Shown in pieces: positions 18,634-26,353 of a stretch of DNA of 32,000 nucleotides. How positions within the stretch are numbered: position 1 is the stretch's first letter; each line of letters starts with the position of its first letter. The stretch is from an uncultured archaeon (GTDB lineage Archaea > Iainarchaeota > Iainarchaeia > Iainarchaeales > Iainarchaeaceae): assembly GCA_964577555.1 (NCBI GenBank), contig CAZNZM010000009.1:1-32000 (forward strand). The letters are read 5' to 3'. Position numbers and translations under genes: made by a program. A model generated the notes under the pieces. It saw only the letters and a program-made list of their open reading frames with translations, did no database searches and was not told where the DNA came from.

Positions 18634-18724
18634 CACAGCCACTTTTCTAATAAAAATTTTCAATTTTATAGAATTTTTTTGTATTGCAAGCAATTTTAAT
18701 GCGTTTAGTTATAATCTAATAATA

Positions 18725-19363
18725 ATGTTTAAGAGAGCAATCCTTGTTTGCAATGGAAGCCTTACAACAAAAGAATTTTATTCAATAGTAACAAAAGACG
18801 ATTTTATTGTTGCAGTAGACGGCGGAGCCAACAAATTGTTAAAGACTAAGTTTGTTCCGAATATTATAATTGGGGACATGGATTCCATAAATTCCACTGC
18901 GAAAAAAAAATATTCAAAAGTAACTAAAATATGTTTTCCAAGGGAAAAAGACCTTTTAGACCTTGAACTTGCGATTAATTATTGCATAGAACAAAAATTT
19001 TCTGAAATAGTAATTTTGGGTGCGTTTGGTAGCAGGCATGATATGTCTTTGACCAATGTTTTTTTGCTTTCACAAATTCCTGAAAATATTAATGCAAAAA
19101 TAGTTAATGGTTCTCAAGAGATTTTTCTTATTCGTAAAAATGAATTAGTTTTGTCAGGAATTCCAGGGGAAAAGATTTCAATTTTTCCGATAAAAGGTGA
19201 TGCCAAAGGTATTACTTTAGAGGGGTTCAAGTATTGTGTCCAAAATTATGATTTGCGTTTTGGCATAGGTTTTGGTTTGAGCAATGAATTTAAAAACAAA
19301 AAAGCTAGGATTTCGTTCAAAGACGGAATGTTGCTATGCGTGCATTTTCACAAATGGTTTTGA
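18725..19363 (+). CDS. thiN: Thiamine pyrophosphokinase
   Basis: VAVDGGANKL and IIGDMDSI catalytic-domain motifs. Length and C-terminal beta-rich thiamine-binding region fit TPK. Confidence 0.85.
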   Translation: MFKRAILVCNGSLTTKEFYSIVTKDDFIVAVDGGANKLLKTKFVPNIIIGDMDSINSTAKKKYSKVTKICFPREKDLLDLELAINYCIEQKFSEIVILGAFGSRHDMSLTNVFLLSQIPENINAKIVNGSQEIFLIRKNELVLSGIPGEKISIFPIKGDAKGITLEGFKYCVQNYDLRFGIGFGLSNEFKNKKARISFKDGMLLCVHFHKWF

Positions 19364-19393
19364 TTTATATTTTTGTTCCTTGTCGCTTTTGTT

Positions 19394-20413
19394 ATGAAAA
19401 CTGGCTTTGCAAATTTGTTGTTGGCTTTCATTTTGTTGATTTTTTTGTTAGGTTGCGTTGAAGAGAAGAAACCTGATTTGGTTGTTTATACTTATGATTC
19501 TTTTGCATCTGAGTATGGTTTGGGCCCAAAGATTGTACCGCTGTTTGAAAAAGAATGCAATTGCAAGGTAAGGCTTTCTTCCAAGGGGGATGCAGGCCAA
19601 ATGCTTAATGCTCTTATTCTTGAAAAGGATAATCCTAAGGCAGACGTAGTGATTGGAATAGACAATAGCATGGCTTCGGTTGCAATAAAATCAGGTGTGC
19701 TTGAAAAGTTTGTACCTCGGAATGTTTCAATTGTTCCAAAAGAACTAATTTTTGATAGTGAAAGTTATTTGATTCCGTTTGATTATGGATATTTTGCTTT
19801 TATTTATGATTCAAATAAAATTGATTTTTCTTTGAATAGTTTTGATTCTTTGTTGGATGAGAGATTGGAAGGGAAAGTAGTTATTCAAAATCCTCGCACT
19901 TCTTCACCTGGCTTGGGTTTGCTTTTATGGACTGTTGCGGTTTATGGCGATCCAGGTTACAAGGATTTCTGGAGAAAATTCAGAAAAAATGTTCTTACTG
20001 TAACCGAGAGTTGGGATCAATCAGCAGGCTTGTTTAGTGCAGGCGAGGCTCTGATTTATTTGAGTTATGCAACTTCGCCGCCTTATTATGTTCAGTTTGA
20101 AAATAAAAAAAATTATATTGCCGCGGATTTTACTGAAGGACATTATTTGCAAGTTGAAGGCATTGGCATTGTAAAAAGCTCAAAAAACAGGTTTCTTGCA
20201 GAAAAATTTGTAGAATTTTCTTTGATGGAAAGCTTTCAAAAGGAAATTCCTTTGTCGCAATTCATGTTTCCTGTCAATAAGCGTGTTGCTTTGCCTGAAT
20301 CCTTTAAATATGCTTTGAAGCCTAAAAAACAGCTTTCTTTAGATCCTTTATTGGTCGCTGAAAAACAGGAAGAGTGGGTTTCAGAATGGGAAAAAATAAT
20401 GAGAGCTGGATAA
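19394..20413 (+). CDS. thiB: Thiamine ABC transporter substrate-binding lipoprotein
   Basis: Close collinear resemblance to remembered E. coli ThiB: VYTYDSFA, CNC, KADVVIGIDN, PFDYGYFAFIYD, NPRTSSPGLGLLLW, EGHYLQVE, WVSEWEKI. Lipobox LLGC. ATG at 19394. Confidence 0.9.
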   Translation: MKTGFANLLLAFILLIFLLGCVEEKKPDLVVYTYDSFASEYGLGPKIVPLFEKECNCKVRLSSKGDAGQMLNALILEKDNPKADVVIGIDNSMASVAIKSGVLEKFVPRNVSIVPKELIFDSESYLIPFDYGYFAFIYDSNKIDFSLNSFDSLLDERLEGKVVIQNPRTSSPGLGLLLWTVAVYGDPGYKDFWRKFRKNVLTVTESWDQSAGLFSAGEALIYLSYATSPPYYVQFENKKNYIAADFTEGHYLQVEGIGIVKSSKNRFLAEKFVEFSLMESFQKEIPLSQFMFPVNKRVALPESFKYALKPKKQLSLDPLLVAEKQEEWVSEWEKIMRAG

Positions 20414-21987
20414 TTCCTTTGGTTTTCCTTTGGCTTTTTTTTCTTGCTTTTTTTGTTTATCCTGTTGTCGTTGTTTTTTCAAAAGTTTTTTCTATTGATG
20501 CATTATTCAGGGCTTTCAGGGTTTTTCATGTTGATTTGCTTTTGAACTCTTTTTCGCAAGCTTTTGTTTCAACTTTGATTTCTTTTATTATCGGATTTCC
20601 AATAGCATATATATTAGCCAATAGGGATTTTCCCGGAAGACGTGTATTGATGGCTATTTCCTTGGTTCCTTTTGTTTTTCCTTCTGTATTAGTGGTTCTT
20701 TCTTTTGTTATTGTTTTTGGAAATAATGGATGGCTAAACAATGCTCTTGCTTTTTTTGGTTTGCCGCGGATTTTTTTTCTTTATGGTTTTTGGGGGATAG
20801 TGCTTGCACACGCATTTTACAATTTTCCTATAGTAATGAGGTTTGTATCTGATGCGTGGGAAAGAATTGGAAGCCGATTGCCTGACGCTGCGAAGTCCTT
20901 GGGAGCCAACAGTTTTCAGGTTTTTTTTCGGATAATTTTGCCACAGCTTTTTCCTTCAATTGTTTCTTCATGTTCTTTGGTGTTTATTTATTGTTTTACC
21001 AGTTTTGCAATAGTGCTTGCTTTTGGTGGACTCCAATTCACTAATTTTGAGGCTGAAATTTATAGGCAAATTTTCAGGAATTTGGATTTAAGCCTTGGCG
21101 CAGTTCTCGCCTTTTTTCAATTTGTCATTCTTTTAGTTGTTTCTTTTTTGTATTTGTATTATTCTGAAAAGTTTGGGGTGGCACAATACGGTTTTTTGTT
21201 GAAAAGAAAAAAATTGAATTTTTTTTCTTGGTTTGGTTTTTTTGAGTTTTGCATTGTTTTTATTGTTTTTTTGTTTGTGACTTTGCCTGTTTTGGCTGTT
21301 TTGGTTTTTGCATTTGATTTGGATTCGGGATTTTTGAATTTTAGAGCTTTTTTAAAAATTTTAAATTTCCAACAAGGCATTGTTGAAGTTTCGCCGCTTA
21401 AATCGGTTTTTTATAGTTTAGTAATTGCATTTTTTTCTTCTTTGATTTCCGTATTTTTAGGTTTTATTGGCTCTATTTATGTAAAGCGTTTTTCCTTTGT
21501 CAATCTTTTTTTTGTTTCTTCAATAGCTGTTTCTGTTGTTACTTTGGGTTTTGGTTATTATTTGGGTTTTGGAGTTGATGGCGGCAATATTTTAATGATT
21601 TTGATTGGACACTCGGTTTTGTCTTTTCCATTTGCTTTTAGGATTTTATCTAATGCATTTTTGTCTGTTCAAAAAGAAGTATTTGATGCAGCTTTTTCTT
21701 TGGGTGCGAACAAGTTTCAAAGATTTTACTTGGTTTACTTTCCAATGCTCAAATATGCTTTTTTTGCTGCTTTTGCTTTTTCTTTTGCTGTATCTTTGGG
21801 AGAACTTGGCTTGACTTTGATTTTGTATGATGGGGTTTATGCTACCATGCCTGTTTATATTTATAGGTTAATTTCAACTTATGATTTCAGGGCTGCTGCT
21901 GCCATGGGCTTTCTGCTTTTTTTGTTGAGTTTTTTGTGTTTTTATGTTATTGAACGCTTTTCAAGGTATAGGCAGGTGGTGTTGTGA
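20374..21987 (+). CDS. thiP: Thiamine ABC transporter permease (fused two-domain)
   Basis: 537 aa, about 12 hydrophobic helices, and two copies of the ABC permease EAA-like loop (DAAKSLGANSFQVFFRIILPQL; DAAFSLGANKFQRFYLVYFPML). The start may be the ATG at 20386. Overlaps the thiB end. Confidence 0.85.
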   Translation: MGFRMGKNNESWIIPLVFLWLFFLAFFVYPVVVVFSKVFSIDALFRAFRVFHVDLLLNSFSQAFVSTLISFIIGFPIAYILANRDFPGRRVLMAISLVPFVFPSVLVVLSFVIVFGNNGWLNNALAFFGLPRIFFLYGFWGIVLAHAFYNFPIVMRFVSDAWERIGSRLPDAAKSLGANSFQVFFRIILPQLFPSIVSSCSLVFIYCFTSFAIVLAFGGLQFTNFEAEIYRQIFRNLDLSLGAVLAFFQFVILLVVSFLYLYYSEKFGVAQYGFLLKRKKLNFFSWFGFFEFCIVFIVFLFVTLPVLAVLVFAFDLDSGFLNFRAFLKILNFQQGIVEVSPLKSVFYSLVIAFFSSLISVFLGFIGSIYVKRFSFVNLFFVSSIAVSVVTLGFGYYLGFGVDGGNILMILIGHSVLSFPFAFRILSNAFLSVQKEVFDAAFSLGANKFQRFYLVYFPMLKYAFFAAFAFSFAVSLGELGLTLILYDGVYATMPVYIYRLISTYDFRAAAAMGFLLFLLSFLCFYVIERFSRYRQVVL

Positions 21988-22697
21988 AAATTTCTCTTGA
22001 CAATGTTTCAATTGCTTTTTATGATTGGAGTATGAAGGATTTTTCAGTTGATTTTCCATCAGGTTCTTTTTCGTCAATTCTTGGCCCAAGTGGTTGTGGA
22101 AAAACTACTTTGTTGAGGCTAATCGCTGGATTGGAAACTCCTGTTTCGGGAAAAATTTTTTTTAATGATGTTGATTATAGTTTTGTTCCGCCTGAAAAAA
22201 GAAATATCGGCTTTGTTTTTCAGAATGACGCTCTTTTTTCGCATCTTACTGTCAGTGGCAATGTCGCATTTGGGCTTGAGGTAAGGGGTGAAAAAAATAT
22301 TGGTGAAAAAGTGGCTTCTTTGCTTGCCTTGGTTGGTTTGAGTGGATTTGGCAATCGCAATATAGAACATCTTAGTGGTGGTGAAAAAAAGAGGGTTGTG
22401 ATTGCACGCGCTTTGGCTTATTATCCTAAAGTGATTTTGCTTGATGAGCCTTTTAATGGGCTGGATGGAAATTTGAGGACAAAACTTAAATCTTTGTTGA
22501 AAGACTTGCAAAAAAAATTTGGTTTGACGATAATAATGGCGACGCATGATTTGAATGATGCATTGAATTTGTCTGACAAAATAGTTGTTATGAATAAAGG
22601 AAAAATTGAACAGGTTGGCACTCCGAAAGAAATAATTTTCAAGCCTAAGAATTTTTTTGTCAAAGATTTTGTTTCAGATGTGTGGTTTTTGAAATGA
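21984..22697 (+). CDS. thiQ: Thiamine ABC transporter ATP-binding protein
   Basis: Walker A GPSGCGKTT, signature LSGGEKKR, Walker B ILLDEP. GTG start in a GTGA overlap with the thiP stop, with AGGTGGTG just upstream. Confidence 0.85.
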   Translation: MKISLDNVSIAFYDWSMKDFSVDFPSGSFSSILGPSGCGKTTLLRLIAGLETPVSGKIFFNDVDYSFVPPEKRNIGFVFQNDALFSHLTVSGNVAFGLEVRGEKNIGEKVASLLALVGLSGFGNRNIEHLSGGEKKRVVIARALAYYPKVILLDEPFNGLDGNLRTKLKSLLKDLQKKFGLTIIMATHDLNDALNLSDKIVVMNKGKIEQVGTPKEIIFKPKNFFVKDFVSDVWFLK

Positions 22698-23354
22698 TTT
22701 ATAATCAGTGCTTATTTTGCCTTTCATTGGCACGAATTGAAAAATCAGACCTTCAAAAGTTGTTATCAACGGGTTGTTTTTGTTTTTTATTATGCATTGC
22801 ATGATTTGTTGAAATTCATCTCCTATTGGGGCAACTATTTTTCCGTTTTCATTTAATTGTTCGAATAGCGGTTTTGGCACGAATGGACATGCACAACTTA
22901 TTATTATTCTGTCAAATGGCGCTTTTTCTTTTAATCCTTTTGAACCGTCTTCATTAATTATTTCAATGTTTTTTATTCCTTCCTTTAAAAGATTTTTTTT
23001 GCATTGTTCTGCAAGTTCTTTTATTATTTCTATGCCGTAAACTTTTCCATCTTGTCCAACGATTTTTGACATCAAAGCCAATACGTAACCTGAGCCTGAA
23101 CCAATTTCAAGTACTTTCATGCCGGGTTTTAGGTCAAGCATTTCAAGCATTATTGCAATTGTGCTTGGCTGGGAAATTGTTTGTCCATAACCTATTGAAA
23201 TAGCTTCATCATAGTAAGCATATTCCTTGTTTTTTTCTGGGATAAAATTTTCTCTTTTCACTGCTAAGAATGCTTCTTTTATTTCTTTTTTCTTTATTGA
23301 AAAGCCTGAAATGTATTCAACCAATTTTTTTCTTTCAAGTTCGAAATCAATCAT
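22674..23354 (-). CDS. pcm: Protein-L-isoaspartate O-methyltransferase
   Basis: GYGQTISQPSTIAIMLEML and VLEIGSGSGY (SAM-binding motif I). Confidence 0.9.
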   Translation of the reverse strand: MIDFELERKKLVEYISGFSIKKKEIKEAFLAVKRENFIPEKNKEYAYYDEAISIGYGQTISQPSTIAIMLEMLDLKPGMKVLEIGSGSGYVLALMSKIVGQDGKVYGIEIIKELAEQCKKNLLKEGIKNIEIINEDGSKGLKEKAPFDRIIISCACPFVPKPLFEQLNENGKIVAPIGDEFQQIMQCIIKNKNNPLITTFEGLIFQFVPMKGKISTDYKSFQKPHI

Positions 23355-24273
23355 TTAGTTCTTCCCTTTCCCTAATTAGTTTTTTTAGTTCTTTTAGCTT
23401 GTTTATCGTGTCTAAATCTTCTTCCTCTATTATTGGAATTCCTTCCACGTTTTTGTATTTGTATTCTTTTGTTATTATTATTGAATCTGAATCAATTATC
23501 GTGCTTGTTTTTTTCAATTCAATTGCTTTTTTTGGTATATCGAATTTCCCTTTTCCTGTTCCTATGAAAATGCCTTTGTCGTTTTCATTGTCGCCGTAAG
23601 CTTTGAATGGGGAGTGTGAAAAAAGAGCCATTTTCAGCCCTAATTCATGGATTTTTTCTAGAATTTTGTCATTTGGATGTTCATCAAAAATTATTGGATC
23701 AGTTATTTTTTCAAAAACCTTTATTTCCTTTATAAGTTTTTCATTGAGTATTTTTTCTATTTTTAATGCGGTTTCAAGTGATGTGCTTGCTCCTTTTTCA
23801 AATCTGTACATTGATTCAGGTTTAACGCCTATTTGTTCGGCAAGTTCTTCTGGTTCTATTTCAAGTTGTTTCCTTTTTAATTTCAATTTTTCAAAATCAA
23901 TATCAACTATGTGTTTGCCTTTAAAGTATCTTACTATTGGCTGGCGATTTTCTAAAAGTCTTTCAAAAGTATTCAAATCCATGGTTGGTATGTCATACCT
24001 GTAATAAACCGTATTGTTTTGAAGCCTGAATACTTTTGTTTTTTTTCCTATTATTATACAATTAGCGTTTAATAGTTTGGCTAGTTTTTTCAGTTCTTCG
24101 CCTTGACATTTTCTTATTGAATCAATGTTTTCATATACTTTTATTATAATTGTAACATTATTTTTTTTTGCGATAAGGTCAAAGCAATTGTTTGAACCAG
24201 AAAATATTTCGACTAAAAAATTTTTTCTTTTCAGGGTTGAAACCAATCTTGTAACTTCTTCGGAAATAGTCAT
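23347..24273 (-). CDS. Putative transcriptional regulator with a central cro/C1-type HTH flanked by two uncharacterised domains
   Basis: Central LKRKQLEIEPEELAEQIGVKPESMYRFEKGASTSLETALKIEKIL is a clear XRE-type HTH. The ~300-aa architecture with N-terminal CFDLIAKK...TIIIKV resembles an archaea-wide predicted-regulator family (I believe COG1395; unverified). Confidence 0.6.
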   Translation of the reverse strand: MTISEEVTRLVSTLKRKNFLVEIFSGSNNCFDLIAKKNNVTIIIKVYENIDSIRKCQGEELKKLAKLLNANCIIIGKKTKVFRLQNNTVYYRYDIPTMDLNTFERLLENRQPIVRYFKGKHIVDIDFEKLKLKRKQLEIEPEELAEQIGVKPESMYRFEKGASTSLETALKIEKILNEKLIKEIKVFEKITDPIIFDEHPNDKILEKIHELGLKMALFSHSPFKAYGDNENDKGIFIGTGKGKFDIPKKAIELKKTSTIIDSDSIIITKEYKYKNVEGIPIIEEEDLDTINKLKELKKLIREREELND

Positions 24274-25073
24274 ATTGATCCCACTATGAAAGCAATTAAA
24301 CTTATTATCATTCCGTATTTGCTCAATTTGCTTGCAAAAGCATAATCCTGGTTACTGTATTTTAGTGCTGATTCCATGAATAATATTGATGCAACGCCTA
24401 TTAATGGAATATAAAACCAATTTTTCATTGTTCCCAAATAAATCAAAAAAATTGCTAAGCTTATCGCAAGAGAATATAATGTTAATATATAATTGTTTAA
24501 CAAGCTTTTTTTTACAATCATTGGAAGCGTTTTTTTTGTTCCTTTGTCTCCGCTTTGGTCTTGCGTGTCTTTTATTATTTCTCTGGCTGCATTTGCAAAA
24601 ATTGCTGAAAAAGCAGGCAATATTACTGGGTAATAGTTTTGTGAAACAGCTGCGCCATATACAAGTGTCGCGCTTGTGCCTATTGCAACAACCCAATTGC
24701 CAATTATTTTGATTTTTTGCATTAGGCTTGAATATAATATTAGAAAAATTGAAACCGTTGCCGCAATAAATATTGCGTGTTTGTTTATGAATGCGGCCAG
24801 GAATATTCCTGCGCCAAAAAATAGCATTGAGATTTTATAAAATTTTTTGTTTGAAGTTTTTTCTTTTCCTAGCCTTCTGTCAACTTCTTTATCATAAAAA
24901 TCATTTATGAGGTTTCCTGCTCCTGTAATCAATGCAGCCGAAAGCATTGCCAAAAAAATCTTATATTCTAAAATCAAACCACCAGCTACTATAATGCTAC
25001 CGGCAATTACACCTATGGCTGAGATAAAACAATTTTCTATGCGAACAGCCTTTGCCAATTCAGTTGGTTTCAT
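24270..25073 (-). CDS. UbiA-family prenyltransferase, DGGGP-synthase-like
   Basis: First Asp-rich motif NLINDFYDKEVD. The second motif REIIKDTQDQSGDKGTKKTLP is very like the DGGGPS REIxKDIEDIEGD...TLP. About 8 hydrophobic helices. Confidence 0.75.
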   Translation of the reverse strand: MKPTELAKAVRIENCFISAIGVIAGSIIVAGGLILEYKIFLAMLSAALITGAGNLINDFYDKEVDRRLGKEKTSNKKFYKISMLFFGAGIFLAAFINKHAIFIAATVSIFLILYSSLMQKIKIIGNWVVAIGTSATLVYGAAVSQNYYPVILPAFSAIFANAAREIIKDTQDQSGDKGTKKTLPMIVKKSLLNNYILTLYSLAISLAIFLIYLGTMKNWFYIPLIGVASILFMESALKYSNQDYAFASKLSKYGMIISLIAFIVGSI

Positions 25074-25169
25074 GCATTAAAAATATTATAATTGTTGATT
25101 AAATGTTTTTGGTTTTGAATGCTTGACAAAATAATGTGGCTTTGTTGTTCATGCAGGTTTTGTTAAATT

Positions 25170-25337
25170 TTATCCTGCCTTCTTTTTGCCTTTTTTTCTT
25201 TGTCTAAGCTTGTTTGAACCGCACTTTCTGCATTTTTCAGGTTTTGTGCCTTTGCCGCTTCTGTTTCTATGGTTGCATCTCATGCAAATCCATACGCCTT
25301 TAAAAATCCTGTTTGCAGATGCAGGTACCAATGCCAT
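25170..25337 (-). CDS. rpl40e: 50S ribosomal protein L40e (55 aa; absent from the ORF track)
   Basis: Hand translation: MALVPASANRIFKGVWICMRCNHRNRSGKGTKPEKCRKCGSNKLRQRKKGKKKAG. It has the CxxC...CxxC zinc ribbon plus the LRxxKK tail typical of archaeal L40e. GGTGAT sits 7 nt upstream of the ATG. Confidence 0.85.
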   Translation of the reverse strand: MALVPASANRIFKGVWICMRCNHRNRSGKGTKPEKCRKCGSNKLRQRKKGKKKAG

Positions 25338-25454
25338 TAAAAAATCACCTTGAAATTCTTTAAATTTGGATAAATATTTTTGTAATAATCTTATTATTCC
25401 CTCAAGTGAAACAATTTTAAATGGATTTGGTTGGCAGATTATTAATCATAATTT

Positions 25455-25529
25455 GCCCTGATCGTCTAGTCCGGTCAAGGACACCGGCCTTTCAAGCCGA
25501 AAACCCGGGTTCAAATCCCGGTCAGGGCA
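25455..25529 (+). tRNA. tRNA-Glu (anticodon UUC), no encoded CCA
   Basis: Cloverleaf by hand: acceptor GCCCTGA/TCAGGGC, D-arm GTCT/GGAC with GG in the loop, anticodon stem CCGGC/GCCGA (one C-A mismatch), loop CTTTCAA, T-arm CCGGG TTCAAAT CCCGG, discriminator A. Confidence 0.9.
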
Positions 25530-25645
25530 ATTATTTGAAAAAACATTTTTTTAAAGCAAGGTTTCGTGCCAGATAAAATTAAATATAAATAAATTGCTTT
25601 TATTAAAGATAAAGATGAATAAAAGAATAAGTCAAAGACCTACTG

Positions 25646-26143
25646 TTGTTAAAGGATATTATCTTAAAAATCCTTGGATATCTGGCTCTCCTTCTGTCAG
25701 AAAAAAAAAGCAAACGCAGCATATTTCTTTATAGAAAATTTCGTTATAAACTTACTCAAAATGAAGTCGCTCGTATTGGCATAAATGAAGTATCTCTTAA
25801 TGTAATTGATAAGATTGCTGATGGGTTACATGATTTTGTAACTAAAGAAGGAATATTGGACAAGTATGATGCTGATTTAATGAAGACTACTTTCATTAAT
25901 GGGACTGTGATTGGGTATAGGATAAGCGCGACTTTGACTTCTGAATGCTTATTTGTTTTGGAAGGTATATTTGAAAAGTTAAAACCTGAAGATCTTATAA
26001 GGCTTAGAGAAAAATTTATAAGTTTTAATAAATCAAATGCAATAGATTTTATAATTTTTAGAAAAGCACTTGATATAGCAATTGAAAGAAGTAAACAAAA
26101 AAATTATCCAAAAAAATCTGAAAAAAATAATTTTAATTTTTAA
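25646..26143 (+). CDS. Hypothetical protein; start uncertain, possibly frameshifted
   Basis: 165-aa ORF with no in-frame ATG for about 80 codons (TTG at 25646). An ATG at 25615 in another frame would join it if the A9 run at 25701-25709 were A8. Confidence 0.35.
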   Translation: MLKDIILKILGYLALLLSEKKSKRSIFLYRKFRYKLTQNEVARIGINEVSLNVIDKIADGLHDFVTKEGILDKYDADLMKTTFINGTVIGYRISATLTSECLFVLEGIFEKLKPEDLIRLREKFISFNKSNAIDFIIFRKALDIAIERSKQKNYPKKSEKNNFNF

Positions 26144-26353
26144 AATAAAAATAGTTTGTCAAAACAAAAATATTATAATATAAAAAGACAAAAAATAAAA
26201 TTGGCAAAAGATATTTGGCAAAAAATAATCAGAAAAATAACTGGCAAAAACAAAAACTAATTTTATAAAAAAATGGCTCGGAAAAAACAATTCACAAAAT
26301 GGGTTAACAAAATTTTCAAATAATTTTTATCTCAATAAAACCAAAAAATATTC

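Noticed and set aside
18694-19393. Looked for a TPP riboswitch upstream of TPK and thiB.
   Set aside because: Only about 30 nt of non-coding DNA is available at each site. No CUGAGA or ACCUGAUCUGGAUAAUGCCAGCG-like elements are seen, so there is no room for a ~100-nt aptamer.
26144-26353. Checked the TGGCAAAA repeats, and the whole window, for a CRISPR array.
   Set aside because: The repeats are only 8 nt with irregular spacing of 14 and 26 nt. No 25-40-nt direct repeats with unique spacers occur anywhere in the window, and no cas genes are present.
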